IMG/VR virus record: IMGVR_UViG_3300042542_005136 | Length of the DNA stretch: 64,000 bases | Strand: one strand, 5' to 3' | Source of the DNA: an uncultured virus (IMG/VR IMGVR_UViG_3300042542_005136) | Lineage: Duplodnaviria; Heunggongvirae; Uroviricota; Caudoviricetes | Part shown: piece by piece, positions 18,285 to 27,672 of the stretch | Position numbering within the stretch: position 1 is the first letter of the stretch | Layout: each line of letters opens with the position of its first letter | Translations under genes and position numbers: made by a program | The notes under the pieces: model-generated | The model's input: only the letters and a program-made list of their open reading frames with translations | Told to the model about the DNA's origin: nothing | Database searches by the model: none

Positions 18285-19190
18285 ATGTCTGATTTCCGTA
18301 TGGATGAAGCGGGTCTGTTTCTCGAGCGTCAGCTTGAGTACATCCGCCCTCAAGTTTTTGAAGTCGCTTATGCCGACATCAAATACCCCACCATTCTGCC
18401 TGTTACCAGCGAAGCTGGTCCTGGCGCTCAAACCTTCACCTATCGCGTGATGGACGCGACTGGCGAATTCAAACTCATCGCTGACGCTGCTGACGATCTG
18501 CCCCGTGCCGACATCAGCCAAGTCGAGAAGAGCATCAACATTCGCTCGTTTGGTGGTTCCTTCGGCTACACGGTTCAAGAGCTGCGGGCCGCTCAAATGG
18601 CCAACATCGCTCTCGAGCAGCGTCGCGCTTCTGCCGTTCGTCGTGCTTACGAAGAGAAAGTGGAAGAAGTGGCCATGTTTGGCGAATCTTCCGTTGGCCT
18701 GCAAGGCTTCTTCAACAACGCCACTGTTGACGTTGTTGCTGCTGACAAGTGGTTCACCGATAGCGGCACCACTGCCCAAGAAATGCTGGACCTGCTGAAC
18801 TATGGCGTTACTGCCATCATCAACGGTTCCAACATGAAGGAGCAGCCCGATACCATCCTCATGGCTTGGGAAGATTACAACACCATCTCCACTCGTCGCA
18901 ATTCCGATTCTTCGGACGTGACCGTGATGGAATACTTCCTGCGCACCAACCCCTACATCCGCAATATCGAGCCCATCAACCAGCTCGACGCGGACAAGAG
19001 CACCCTGTCGAAGAACCGCATGGTGTTCTACAAGCGCGATCCGCAGAAAGTGCAACTGCACATTCCGCAGCCGCTTGAGCTGTTCCCGCCTCAGCAACGT
19101 GGTCTGGAATTCATCGTTCCGGCTCATGCTCGCGTGGGTGGCGTGGCCCTCTACTATCCCAAGAGCGTCCTGTACTTGCAGGCTCCCTGA
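18285..19190 (+). CDS. Major capsid protein (DUF2184-type, HK97 fold)
   Basis: FLERQLEYI, YTVQELRAAQ, RVGGVALYYP; position and codon bias. Confidence 0.88.
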   Translation: MSDFRMDEAGLFLERQLEYIRPQVFEVAYADIKYPTILPVTSEAGPGAQTFTYRVMDATGEFKLIADAADDLPRADISQVEKSINIRSFGGSFGYTVQELRAAQMANIALEQRRASAVRRAYEEKVEEVAMFGESSVGLQGFFNNATVDVVAADKWFTDSGTTAQEMLDLLNYGVTAIINGSNMKEQPDTILMAWEDYNTISTRRNSDSSDVTVMEYFLRTNPYIRNIEPINQLDADKSTLSKNRMVFYKRDPQKVQLHIPQPLELFPPQQRGLEFIVPAHARVGGVALYYPKSVLYLQAP

Positions 19191-19241
19191 GGATAGGTAA
19201 GTGATGGGCGTTAAGCTAATGAACAGTTCTTTTGAACACAA

Positions 19242-19628
19242 ATGTTGATTGCTTATCGCCCTGAACTTGAAAATCCGCCGCGTGAGGGAGGGTTTGGCAT
19301 TATCACTGACGCTGGCATGATTCAGCTCAGTCCTGGCGTTAACACTGATGTTCCTGAAACCAAGTGGGATATTGCCCGCAAAAATGGCACCGTCAAGCGG
19401 CTTATGGCCCTTGGAGCTATTGAGGAAGTGAAGGAACAGGCTACGGTCCAGGAGATTCCCACGAGCATCGACACTCTCATCCAACTACCACTGAACGAAG
19501 CGTTCCGTCTGCTTGAAATCATGCATGACGAGGATCAGCTTCTGCAATGGAAAGGGAAAGAGGGTCGCGTGAGAATCAGAAATGCCATCAATAAGCGTCT
19601 GGAAAACATTAAGGCAGGGAAGGTCTAA
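19242..19628 (+). CDS. Hypothetical head-associated protein
   Basis: ORF between capsid and adaptor genes. Confidence 0.65.
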   Translation: MLIAYRPELENPPREGGFGIITDAGMIQLSPGVNTDVPETKWDIARKNGTVKRLMALGAIEEVKEQATVQEIPTSIDTLIQLPLNEAFRLLEIMHDEDQLLQWKGKEGRVRIRNAINKRLENIKAGKV

Positions 19629-19630
19629 TC

Positions 19631-19945
19631 ATGGCCGTCACCTACGCCACTTTTCTAGATCGCTTCCCTGAGTTCACTCCCCACCCATCGGGAATTGTGA
19701 ACGGAGCCCTTGACGAAGCTGCAGCGGATGCCACCAGCGATGTGTTTGGCACTCAAACTGACAGAGCCGTCAAGCATCTCGCAGCTCACATTATTGCCAT
19801 TCAACTTGCACAAATGGGCATTCAGATTGGTGCCACAGAAGGCAAAGTGTATGGCAATGGGCTCGAAGCCACGCAATATGGCCAAGAGTTCAAACGCATG
19901 CTTGATACCGTCGCCGGATCTACCACAGTTGGTTTCGTCGTATGA
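19631..19945 (+). CDS. Head-tail adaptor (DUF4054-like)
   Basis: FLDRFPEF, LAAHII and TQYGQEF motifs. Confidence 0.75.
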   Translation: MAVTYATFLDRFPEFTPHPSGIVNGALDEAAADATSDVFGTQTDRAVKHLAAHIIAIQLAQMGIQIGATEGKVYGNGLEATQYGQEFKRMLDTVAGSTTVGFVV

Positions 19946-20331
19946 GCAATGTCCTGTCGCCACTTGCTAACGCCACTTTGGTTTGGCAGGTGGCGTCTGG
20001 ATACGTCACCGACTCAGGCACTGGCAATTACATCGCCATGGCCACTGGCATCACTTACTACGCTTCTCTTAAGCAAAAGAACAATCCTCGATTTGACTAT
20101 TTGCTTGGGGCCGATGCCACCGCAGTGTATATGGAGGGCAAGTTAACCGGCCCTCTAACGCTTTCTGGAATTACGCCTGGAAGCTCCGCTGCAGCAACGA
20201 TCAATGGTAGAGAGGGGCGATTTGAGCTGTTGCCGAACGAACAAATTGCTGAGCACTATTGGCAATTTCTTGGCACACCAATCAGAGGCATTTTTAGACT
20301 GGTTGGTAAAGGAAGCGTACAGAACGTCTGA
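19942..20331 (+). CDS. Putative head closure protein
   Basis: Synteny after the adaptor; ATGA overlap. Confidence 0.5.
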   Translation: MSNVLSPLANATLVWQVASGYVTDSGTGNYIAMATGITYYASLKQKNNPRFDYLLGADATAVYMEGKLTGPLTLSGITPGSSAAATINGREGRFELLPNEQIAEHYWQFLGTPIRGIFRLVGKGSVQNV

Positions 20332-20367
20332 CGCTTAACCATTTTCTTTCCCATTGAGGCTTTTCTC

Positions 20368-20946
20368 ATGCTCTACCATCCGACTGAACTGGTTAAGAGC
20401 CAAGACGTTATTGTGCGTGTTGGCTCGATTGCAGGCACTGGCCGTCCTGTGATCACCCAGAGTGGCGCCACCTTCACTGTTAGCGGTGCTCCTACCCTCT
20501 ACACGCTGCAGGCCGCTACGACGGCTTCCGTGGCCTTTAACGACGGCAACACGGAATTCTACCTGCTTGGCGGCGGCGGCTTCTCTGATAGCGTTATCGT
20601 CACCTCTCAAGCCACTGCTTCGGTCACTTCCTACTTCCAGAAGGACGTGGACGGCACTGTGTTCCTGCCCAATAGTTTTGACGAAGCCTTCCAAGTGATT
20701 AGCGCTTCGCGCTACGACAAGAACTCTGAAGTGTACGTTGAAATCAACAAGCAACTGGGCGCTTCCGGCACTACTTACTACTACGATCGCGTGGCTTACG
20801 TTGGTCGCGTAATGAACTACAACGAGAGCTATCCCGCTGACAACCTCGTTGAAGTTACGTTCGATCTGATCAGTCGTGGTCGCATCGGCATTCACCAGAA
20901 CGCTGAAGAGACTGGCAGCATCATCCCGAGCGCTCCCAACTCCTGA
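20368..20946 (+). CDS. Major tail tube protein
   Basis: Position, codon bias, PADNLVEVTFDLISRG C-terminal strand, followed by a terminator. Confidence 0.75.
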   Translation: MLYHPTELVKSQDVIVRVGSIAGTGRPVITQSGATFTVSGAPTLYTLQAATTASVAFNDGNTEFYLLGGGGFSDSVIVTSQATASVTSYFQKDVDGTVFLPNSFDEAFQVISASRYDKNSEVYVEINKQLGASGTTYYYDRVAYVGRVMNYNESYPADNLVEVTFDLISRGRIGIHQNAEETGSIIPSAPNS

Positions 20947-20973
20947 CCATTCTTTCTCCATTGTTTCTTTGCT

Positions 20974-21000
20974 AGCCTGCCTATACGGCAGGCTTTTTTT
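20974..21000 (+). terminator. Rho-independent terminator
   Basis: AGCCTGCC-tatac-GGCAGGCT followed by a T run. Confidence 0.85.
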
Positions 21001-21003
21001 ATT

Positions 21004-21411
21004 GTGAACATTGCTCAGTTTCGCGATACTATCGTCACTTTGCTTTCGGCTAGTCCCGACTTAATTGGCGAATACATCTTGCCGGATGCTACGGAAATTC
21101 CTGCGGTGTATGTGGTGGGACAACAGGGCGTGCCTGCTGAATGGAAAGTGAAGGGGCTGGAAGTGACCATGAGACAGTTCCCTGACTTGCGACCCGATTC
21201 GCCGTTGGGAGGGACTGTCAAAGTTAATCAGCTTTGGGAGGTGATCTTGATGCAATACACGCCTTCTTCTGATACTCTTGCCTTGGCTATGGACAGAATG
21301 GTGCGGAGATTTCCTGATGCCACGCCTAGATATTTTCCTGGCGATGACGTGGCTTATGAACGTTGCCGTTTTGTTGTGCCCGATCTCATTCTTCGCCCGT
21401 TAGCAGCATGA
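21004..21411 (+). CDS. Putative tail terminator/completion protein
   Basis: Synteny only. Confidence 0.5.
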   Translation: MNIAQFRDTIVTLLSASPDLIGEYILPDATEIPAVYVVGQQGVPAEWKVKGLEVTMRQFPDLRPDSPLGGTVKVNQLWEVILMQYTPSSDTLALAMDRMVRRFPDATPRYFPGDDVAYERCRFVVPDLILRPLAA

Positions 21412-21869
21412 GCGCTGTTATTCTTGGCGGCACCATTGCCAATGCCGAAAAATTAGTCGCAAAACTTGTTGATGCTTTTGAGCAATGGGCGGAGGAAGAT
21501 ATTACTGGCGCTTATTGGGACGATCAGTTCAGGGAGATGGGACGATGGCAGTATGATGGTGAAACTCGCAGGAAGAACGGCGAAACTGTTAGCTCTCCTC
21601 GAGACATTTACGACCTAGGAGCGTTGTACGAAAGTGGCGTCAACAGTTACAACTTTACCTTGTCGTCTAATTTGGCAGTGGCGGATTGGAATTGGGACGC
21701 GACAAACGGTTCAGGGCGATACTATGCCTACTATGTCCACGAAGGTGAAGGCACCAATCGTACTGGTCGTCCATGGACAGACGAGCTTGCAATTGCGCAG
21801 AAATTCAAGGGCAGCGTGCCGGAAAAGGCATTATTGCGCCGCATTCGAGCAGCCATTGGAACAAAATGA
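21408..21869 (+). CDS. Putative tail completion protein (HK97 gp10-like)
   Basis: PRDIYDLGALYES, YAYYVHEG and GRPW motifs. Confidence 0.65.
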   Translation: MSAVILGGTIANAEKLVAKLVDAFEQWAEEDITGAYWDDQFREMGRWQYDGETRRKNGETVSSPRDIYDLGALYESGVNSYNFTLSSNLAVADWNWDATNGSGRYYAYYVHEGEGTNRTGRPWTDELAIAQKFKGSVPEKALLRRIRAAIGTK

Positions 21870-22129
21870 AAATTGACTACCTCCATAGCCCTGACTCCAC
21901 GGTCCACGCAATCAACAATGAAATAGAAGGGATGGCCTTGCAGGCGGGCGTGTTGTGCTTGATTTCCTGCAGGGAATCGACCATTAGAATTGCAGACGAC
22001 AATCATTCGTTTTTGGTAGAAATTCCTAAGGAGTTTCGCTCAAGCCATGAACGGGTGAAGGTATTCAATGCCCTGTTGAACATTCTTGATCATGAGCAAA
22101 TACAGCTTCCTTCTGCAAACCAAGGCTGA
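21866..22129 (+). CDS. Hypothetical protein
   Basis: ATGA overlap with the upstream gene. Confidence 0.55.
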   Translation: MKIDYLHSPDSTVHAINNEIEGMALQAGVLCLISCRESTIRIADDNHSFLVEIPKEFRSSHERVKVFNALLNILDHEQIQLPSANQG

Positions 22130-22640
22130 AGACTATTTTCAACTGACGCCTGAGATTCGCCTGAAGAAATACAATGGCTGGCTCGTGGCTGAAGCCATTG
22201 AACAGGAGGAGATCAGTAAGCTTCAAAGCCAAGCAACCATTCGTGCCGTGCAATTGGCCAAGCGCATCGCCACGAGCAAGGACATTCCTCTCGACGAGGC
22301 ATTTGCGCTGTTGCAAGGCGGCAGTTCCATCACCGAAGCAGAGTTGCTTTCTGACTTCACTGACGAAACCATGGCCATGATTACCAGCGGCACGTCCGTT
22401 GAGGCCACAAATGCTCGCATGGTGACGGCTTTCGTGCGCTCACGCGGCCAAGGCATGATTGATGGTGACTGGACCGATCTGGGCGATTGGGAGCTGGACG
22501 ACACTAAGGGACTGCCTCGCGCCGCCATCGCCAAAGTGGTGGAATTTATCGCTGCCGAGCAAGATGCGGAAGTCAAGGAGGCCGCTGATGCAGCAAAAAA
22601 AGCGAAGAGCAAGCCCCAGGGTCTGTCGCAGAACAGTTAG
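22092..22640 (+). CDS. Tail assembly chaperone (gpG-like)
   Basis: Upstream of the tape measure gene; slippery A AAA AAA at 22595-22601. Confidence 0.75.
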   Translation: MSKYSFLLQTKAEDYFQLTPEIRLKKYNGWLVAEAIEQEEISKLQSQATIRAVQLAKRIATSKDIPLDEAFALLQGGSSITEAELLSDFTDETMAMITSGTSVEATNARMVTAFVRSRGQGMIDGDWTDLGDWELDDTKGLPRAAIAKVVEFIAAEQDAEVKEAADAAKKAKSKPQGLSQNS

Positions 22641-23068
22641 AAGATCGGGCTAGGAAATTCTTACAGGCTCTTACCAATTGGAACGACATCTATTTTCGCC
22701 TTTCAGCCTCCGACCTGAAAGACCATAGATGGCATGCGGATCAATTTGGCAAGCAGTCTATTCGCGATGTCAAAGCGGCTCTCAAATACCTTGAGAAGCA
22801 CGATATTGCTAAGCACAACATAGAAAGCGTTGCCATCGCCAAACTTGGGACGATGGTGGCGGGAATGATGGCGGGCAAAAAGAGCACCGTCAAAGCAGAG
22901 CATTTCCTGCCATTCGACACCAAAGCCATTAAAAAAGAGGACGGCATTACTGATGCCACCCTGATTATTATGCAGCGTCTTATGAAAACGCGACGCATGG
23001 ACGGCAGAGTGATTGCACTGTTGGCCGACGAAATAAAAGCCTTTGCTGGGCGAAACAAGGAAGAATGA
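22595..23068 (+). CDS. Tail assembly chaperone -1 frameshift extension (gpGT-like)
   Basis: The -1 frame is open from the slippery site (KKSEEQAPGSVAEQLEDRARKF...) through the 22853..23068 ORF. Confidence 0.72.
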   Translation, partial: KKSEEQAPGSVAEQLEDRARKFLQALTNWNDIYFRLSASDLKDHRWHADQFGKQSIRDVKAALKYLEKHDIAKHNIESVAIAKLGTMVAGMMAGKKSTVKAEHFLPFDTKAIKKEDGITDATLIIMQRLMKTRRMDGRVIALLADEIKAFAGRNKEE

Positions 23069-23106
23069 TTATAGAATTAAGAAACTAGAGACGCTGGCGC
23101 AAAATC

Positions 23107-26100
23107 GTGGCACAAGACGCACAACTTCTGCTGAAAGTAGGTCTTGATCTGTCCACATTTAGGAATCAACTGGCAACGCTTGGGCAAGCGGCGGCTGGGT
23201 ATAACTTGCCGATCAAGCTTAAATTTGATCGCACTGTCATAAAAAACGAACTGAACAGCCTTAGGCAATCCTTGGGGCGTCAAAAATTTAACATTGAACT
23301 GAATATTGTTGGCGGACTTACCAAGGATCAGTTTGAAAAAATTCAAGCAAGGCTTGACGCTCTTTCTAAGACAAAAGCGGTAGAAATACCAGTCAGTATT
23401 CGTTCCGCTGTCACGCAAAAAGATGTATTAAGTGTTATTGCTGGCATCAACAAGACTATCAAAGGTTCACCCGCGCTAGAGAATGCTGGAGGCAAAATTC
23501 GTATTGGTACAAGCATTAAGCCTTCTATTACGCAGGCAGATGTAAGAGAGTTCAAGAAGGCCGTCACGGAATCTCTTGGTGGAATCAGTGTCAATGTAAA
23601 AGCGAATGTTCAAGGCGGAAAGGGCGGAGTACCTCCTGGATTCCCTGATTTGATGGAATACATGCGCACACAGGGGATGGTCGGAAAGACTGCCTCTGGC
23701 ATGGAAATGCGCATGCGCAATGAGCCGGGCGGTGGCCAGCTTGAAAGAGTGTTGGATACGTTTGCTCGCGGAGTCTTCCGCATGCTCGGAATGGACCCTG
23801 CAGTGATCAGGGCACAAGAAGCGGAGAGGAGGCGGCTTCCTGCTATCAACTGGGAGGCCATGGTTCCTCCTGCTCGAGGCGTAAGCACGACCTCGACCAT
23901 GGCATTGGCTCCGGGACGAGCGTTCCCGCAACTCCCCGGCTCTGCTTTTGCCGAGCAGAAGCGCTTAGTTGGAGATATTCTAAATCCAGCACTGAAAGAA
24001 GCCTTGCGCAATGCCGCTAATGCATTTGTTGATGCAGTGCGCAATGGATTGAACACTGCTGTTCGCGGAGTGCAAGTCAGAGATCTTGGCGCTGCGGGAA
24101 TGCCAATGCTTGGCGGTGGAAGAGTGACTGGGCTGCTGCCTGCTGGCGTGGGTAGAGTCGCGTCTCCTTATGCAACAGGCGCTCTTGGTCGCGATGGAGA
24201 AACAAGGGCAGAGATGCTGGCACGGCGGGAAAGGGAAGCCCGCGTGCGTTCGGCATTGAGAGAAGTGGATGTAATGGGAGGAAGCGCAGGAAGGGCGCCA
24301 TCCCCATACAGTCAGTCGTACAGAGCCGCTCGTTCGCTGAGTGCAATTGTTCCGTATCAAGCTCCTGGGGCGTTAGTAGCGACCGGAGGCGGACAAGGTG
24401 GCGGAGGCGGCGGAGGCGGCGGAGGTGGAGGTCGACGCCCTAGTGGCGGAGGGGATCCCTTTGGCGGTCTTGGGCGATTGTCTCTTCCCGGCGCGGGAAC
24501 CATTAGGGAACTGGGCAGTGAATTCGCTTTTGCCACCAAGCAAGTGCTCTTGTTTGGGCAAGCCTATAAGCTGTTGGCGTTTGTTCAAGATTTTCCTAGG
24601 CAAGTTGGACAAGCAGTAGGACAACTGCAGAGCTTTAGAAACACGCTCAATGCGATCTCACCAAGTGCTGCTGAGGCTGCAAAATCAAATGAATTTATCT
24701 TGAGCATTGTCGATAAATACAACGTGCCTATTCAGTCGGCGCGTGATGGCTTTACCAAGCTTTACGCATCCATGGAGCCCGCTGGATTCCGGGGCGAGGA
24801 AATTCGCGGCTTATTTGAAAGTATTGCAATGGGAGCGGCCACATTTGGCATGAGTGCTGACAAGGTGGATCGTGTGATCTATGCCTTTTCGCAAATGGCA
24901 AGTAAGGGGCAGGTGATGAGCGAAGAACTTAAGGGGCAGTTGGGAGACGTGCTCCCTGGATCCATGGCTCTGTTTGCTGAAGCCGCTGGCTTCAAGGGAC
25001 CAGATGCGATCAGCAAGTTTTCTAAAGCTCTGGAAGATGGCGTGTACAAAGGGCAAAATATGGTGAAGCTTCTGAAAAACGTTCGCGTTGTGATGGAGCA
25101 AGAATTTGGGCCGGGGGCTGAAGGTGCTGCTCGCACGTTCCAAGGCGGCATCAATCGCATGCAAAATTCGCTGCGGCAGCTATATGAAGCATTTGAGCCG
25201 GTAGCGGTTAACTTCATGAATCAAGTGGTAAAGCCATTGACAGATGGTCTTCGCATTGCTGCCGATGGCTTCACTGCTTTTCTTCAAGGCGTCACTGCTA
25301 AAACACCTCAGGGCGCTGCATTTGCGCAAGAATTGGAAAGATTAAGGCCAGCACTGGAAGGTATTGGAAATAACTTGAAAGGGCTTTTGCCGACTTTTGA
25401 ATTATTTGGCAATGTGTTATTAAACGTTGGAAAGCTTCTACTGGCAATTGCAGGCAATCCTATTGCTGGATTTTTGCTAAAAATTTACACCAATGTACTC
25501 TTGGTAAATGCTGTCTTTAGCTTACTGGGCGGTAAAATTCTTCTTGGCCTAATCGCAAGTACAAGTACAGCTATTGCTCGATTTATAGCTCTTAACGTAC
25601 AAATGGGCTTGCTGCAGCGAACTAGCGCGGTAGCTGGATCGACGCTGGCTGGTACTCAGCTACAAATGGCACTTCTCTCTCGCAATGCCACAGCCGCAGT
25701 TGGCCCAGTGGGAACACTTGTCACAGCATTAAAAAGTATCGCCGCCATTGGCATTATCACCGTTGCGATCAATTTAATTGTCACTGGACTGGGAAATGCA
25801 ATTAAAGCAAATCAAGAGATTGCCAAGTTGCGAGGACAGCGACAGGCGGGTGGCCAAGCGGCGCTTTACGGAGGCTCAGTGCCGTTGAGCGACAAGACAA
25901 CTGCGCAAAAAACTCTGCAGGCAATCAAAGCTGAAAGACAGCGTGGAGTGCCATTGGCAACTCGACTGCTTGGCTCCCTTGCCCCACTGGTTGGCGCTCC
26001 AACACCTGCGGACGTGCTAGATCGTATTCCGCTACTAAAGGAACGTGAACTAGCGGCAAAGGGAAAGCTGGGGCTTCCCACGAGAGCGCAAGCAGCGGGC

Positions 26101-27324
26101 ACAGTCGTGTCTAATGCTGCTATGGAGGCTATCACGGGTGGTGGTGAAGGCGGCGCAAAAGGTGGCAAGAAAGGAGCCGCCGACAAAGCCGCCAAAGCTG
26201 CAGAACGCGCCGCGAAGGAGGCGCAGACATTGGAGGCAGTGCTCAAGCAGTTGCGAGAGGAAATTCGCATTCGCTCTCGTATTCTGCAAATTGATCAAAA
26301 CATTGCAATGGCTCGTGCCGATCAAGATGAAGAGGCGGTTGCTTCTTACGAGTCGGACAAGCGTCTGCTCGAAATAGGCACGCGCAAAGCGAAAATTCAA
26401 AAAGATTTTGATGCAGGCAGGATTAAGCAAGCAGAATATAACTTGCGAATGCAATTGCTGGAGATTGATAGAAGCGAAGAGCAATTACAGCATGAAAACG
26501 ACATCAATCGTCTTTTGCGCGAAAGATATGGAATACTGGATGCCGTGGTTAAAGCGGCGCGAGAAGCTCGCCAACGGGCATTTGAGGCGGGAGGAGTTGG
26601 CGCTGACACATTCCGCACGGATATCAATCTAATGCCAGAGCTGACTGGTGGGGAGTTGGGGGCTGGCTATGCCGCAGCAAAGGATCAGTTGGCGGAACTA
26701 ATGAAAGCATCTAATCAGATTATTGGCGCTGCGCAAGCTATTGGCGATGCTTTTGCAACATCATTCAAAGGTGTGATTTCTGGATCTATGTCAGCACAAC
26801 AAGCTCTCGCTGGATTCTTCCAGAGCGTTGCTAGTTATTTCTTGGACATGGCAGCCAAGATGATTGCAAAATGGATAGAAATGCAGATCATTGGGTTAGC
26901 CATGAGCCTTCTGCCGGGGGCTGGTGCCATTTTCCCGAAGGGTGTTGGCAATTTCTCTGGAGCTTTTGGCGCAGGAGGCCCTAAATTTAGTCCTGCCGTC
27001 TTTGGTGCAGCAAATGGTGCTGTATGGGAAGGCGGATTCCAAGCTTTCGCGAACGGAGGCATTGTCAACGGTCCAACCATGGGATTGATTGGTGAAGGTC
27101 GTTACAATGAAGCGATCGTGCCATTGCCCGATGGTCGCTCCATTCCAGTGGAGATGATGGGAGGTGGCAATGGTGACATTAGTATTACTATTAACGTGGA
27201 CGCGAAAGGCACAAAAACGGAAGGCGACGAAGGCCAAGCAAAAGCACTGGCGAGCATTGTCAGTGCAGCGGTGCAGTCAGAAATCGTCAAGCAACAGCGC
27301 CCTGGCGGCCTTCTTGTCCGATAG
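23107..27324 (+). CDS. Tape measure protein
   Basis: 1405 aa, Ala/Gly-rich; QMASKGQVMSEELKGQLGD tape domain; lambda-H-like C-terminus FANGGIV...EAIVPL...QQRPGGLL. Confidence 0.92.
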   Translation: MAQDAQLLLKVGLDLSTFRNQLATLGQAAAGYNLPIKLKFDRTVIKNELNSLRQSLGRQKFNIELNIVGGLTKDQFEKIQARLDALSKTKAVEIPVSIRSAVTQKDVLSVIAGINKTIKGSPALENAGGKIRIGTSIKPSITQADVREFKKAVTESLGGISVNVKANVQGGKGGVPPGFPDLMEYMRTQGMVGKTASGMEMRMRNEPGGGQLERVLDTFARGVFRMLGMDPAVIRAQEAERRRLPAINWEAMVPPARGVSTTSTMALAPGRAFPQLPGSAFAEQKRLVGDILNPALKEALRNAANAFVDAVRNGLNTAVRGVQVRDLGAAGMPMLGGGRVTGLLPAGVGRVASPYATGALGRDGETRAEMLARREREARVRSALREVDVMGGSAGRAPSPYSQSYRAARSLSAIVPYQAPGALVATGGGQGGGGGGGGGGGGRRPSGGGDPFGGLGRLSLPGAGTIRELGSEFAFATKQVLLFGQAYKLLAFVQDFPRQVGQAVGQLQSFRNTLNAISPSAAEAAKSNEFILSIVDKYNVPIQSARDGFTKLYASMEPAGFRGEEIRGLFESIAMGAATFGMSADKVDRVIYAFSQMASKGQVMSEELKGQLGDVLPGSMALFAEAAGFKGPDAISKFSKALEDGVYKGQNMVKLLKNVRVVMEQEFGPGAEGAARTFQGGINRMQNSLRQLYEAFEPVAVNFMNQVVKPLTDGLRIAADGFTAFLQGVTAKTPQGAAFAQELERLRPALEGIGNNLKGLLPTFELFGNVLLNVGKLLLAIAGNPIAGFLLKIYTNVLLVNAVFSLLGGKILLGLIASTSTAIARFIALNVQMGLLQRTSAVAGSTLAGTQLQMALLSRNATAAVGPVGTLVTALKSIAAIGIITVAINLIVTGLGNAIKANQEIAKLRGQRQAGGQAALYGGSVPLSDKTTAQKTLQAIKAERQRGVPLATRLLGSLAPLVGAPTPADVLDRIPLLKERELAAKGKLGLPTRAQAAGTVVSNAAMEAITGGGEGGAKGGKKGAADKAAKAAERAAKEAQTLEAVLKQLREEIRIRSRILQIDQNIAMARADQDEEAVASYESDKRLLEIGTRKAKIQKDFDAGRIKQAEYNLRMQLLEIDRSEEQLQHENDINRLLRERYGILDAVVKAAREARQRAFEAGGVGADTFRTDINLMPELTGGELGAGYAAAKDQLAELMKASNQIIGAAQAIGDAFATSFKGVISGSMSAQQALAGFFQSVASYFLDMAAKMIAKWIEMQIIGLAMSLLPGAGAIFPKGVGNFSGAFGAGGPKFSPAVFGAANGAVWEGGFQAFANGGIVNGPTMGLIGEGRYNEAIVPLPDGRSIPVEMMGGGNGDISITINVDAKGTKTEGDEGQAKALASIVSAAVQSEIVKQQRPGGLLVR

Positions 27325-27330
27325 TTAATT

Positions 27331-27672
27331 ATGGCCACTTTTCCATCCATTGCTCCCACTTTTGATGCGCAAAAGCGCAGTCAGCCACGAGTTCGCACAG
27401 TTCAATTTGGCGATGGTTACGAGCAACGTCTTAAATATGGGCTCAATCAAAACCCAAAAGAATGGTCTCTCACTTTCATGGTGAACGACACCGATGCCGA
27501 CACCATTGAAACATTTTTGGACGCTAGAGCTGATGATGCGAATTCATTTGATTGGACTCCACCAGGAGAAAACTCTTCTTACAAGTGGGTATGTCGCGAA
27601 TGGACCAGGCAATTGCTAAGCGATGGATTTAATCAAATCAACGCAACTTTCAATCAAATCTTTGAACCATAG
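27331..27672 (+). CDS. Distal tail protein (lambda gpM-like)
   Basis: VQFGDGYEQR...GLN, FLDAR, FDWTPP. Confidence 0.88.
   Translation: MATFPSIAPTFDAQKRSQPRVRTVQFGDGYEQRLKYGLNQNPKEWSLTFMVNDTDADTIETFLDARADDANSFDWTPPGENSSYKWVCREWTRQLLSDGFNQINATFNQIFEP

Noticed and set aside
18189..19484. 431-aa antisense ORF over the capsid gene, and similar shadow ORFs throughout the track
   Set aside because: Explained by codon bias of the sense genes; no motifs or start context.
24385..24452. GGC/GGA microsatellite-like run in the tape measure gene
   Set aside because: In-frame poly-Gly linker with mixed codons; no sign of phase variation.
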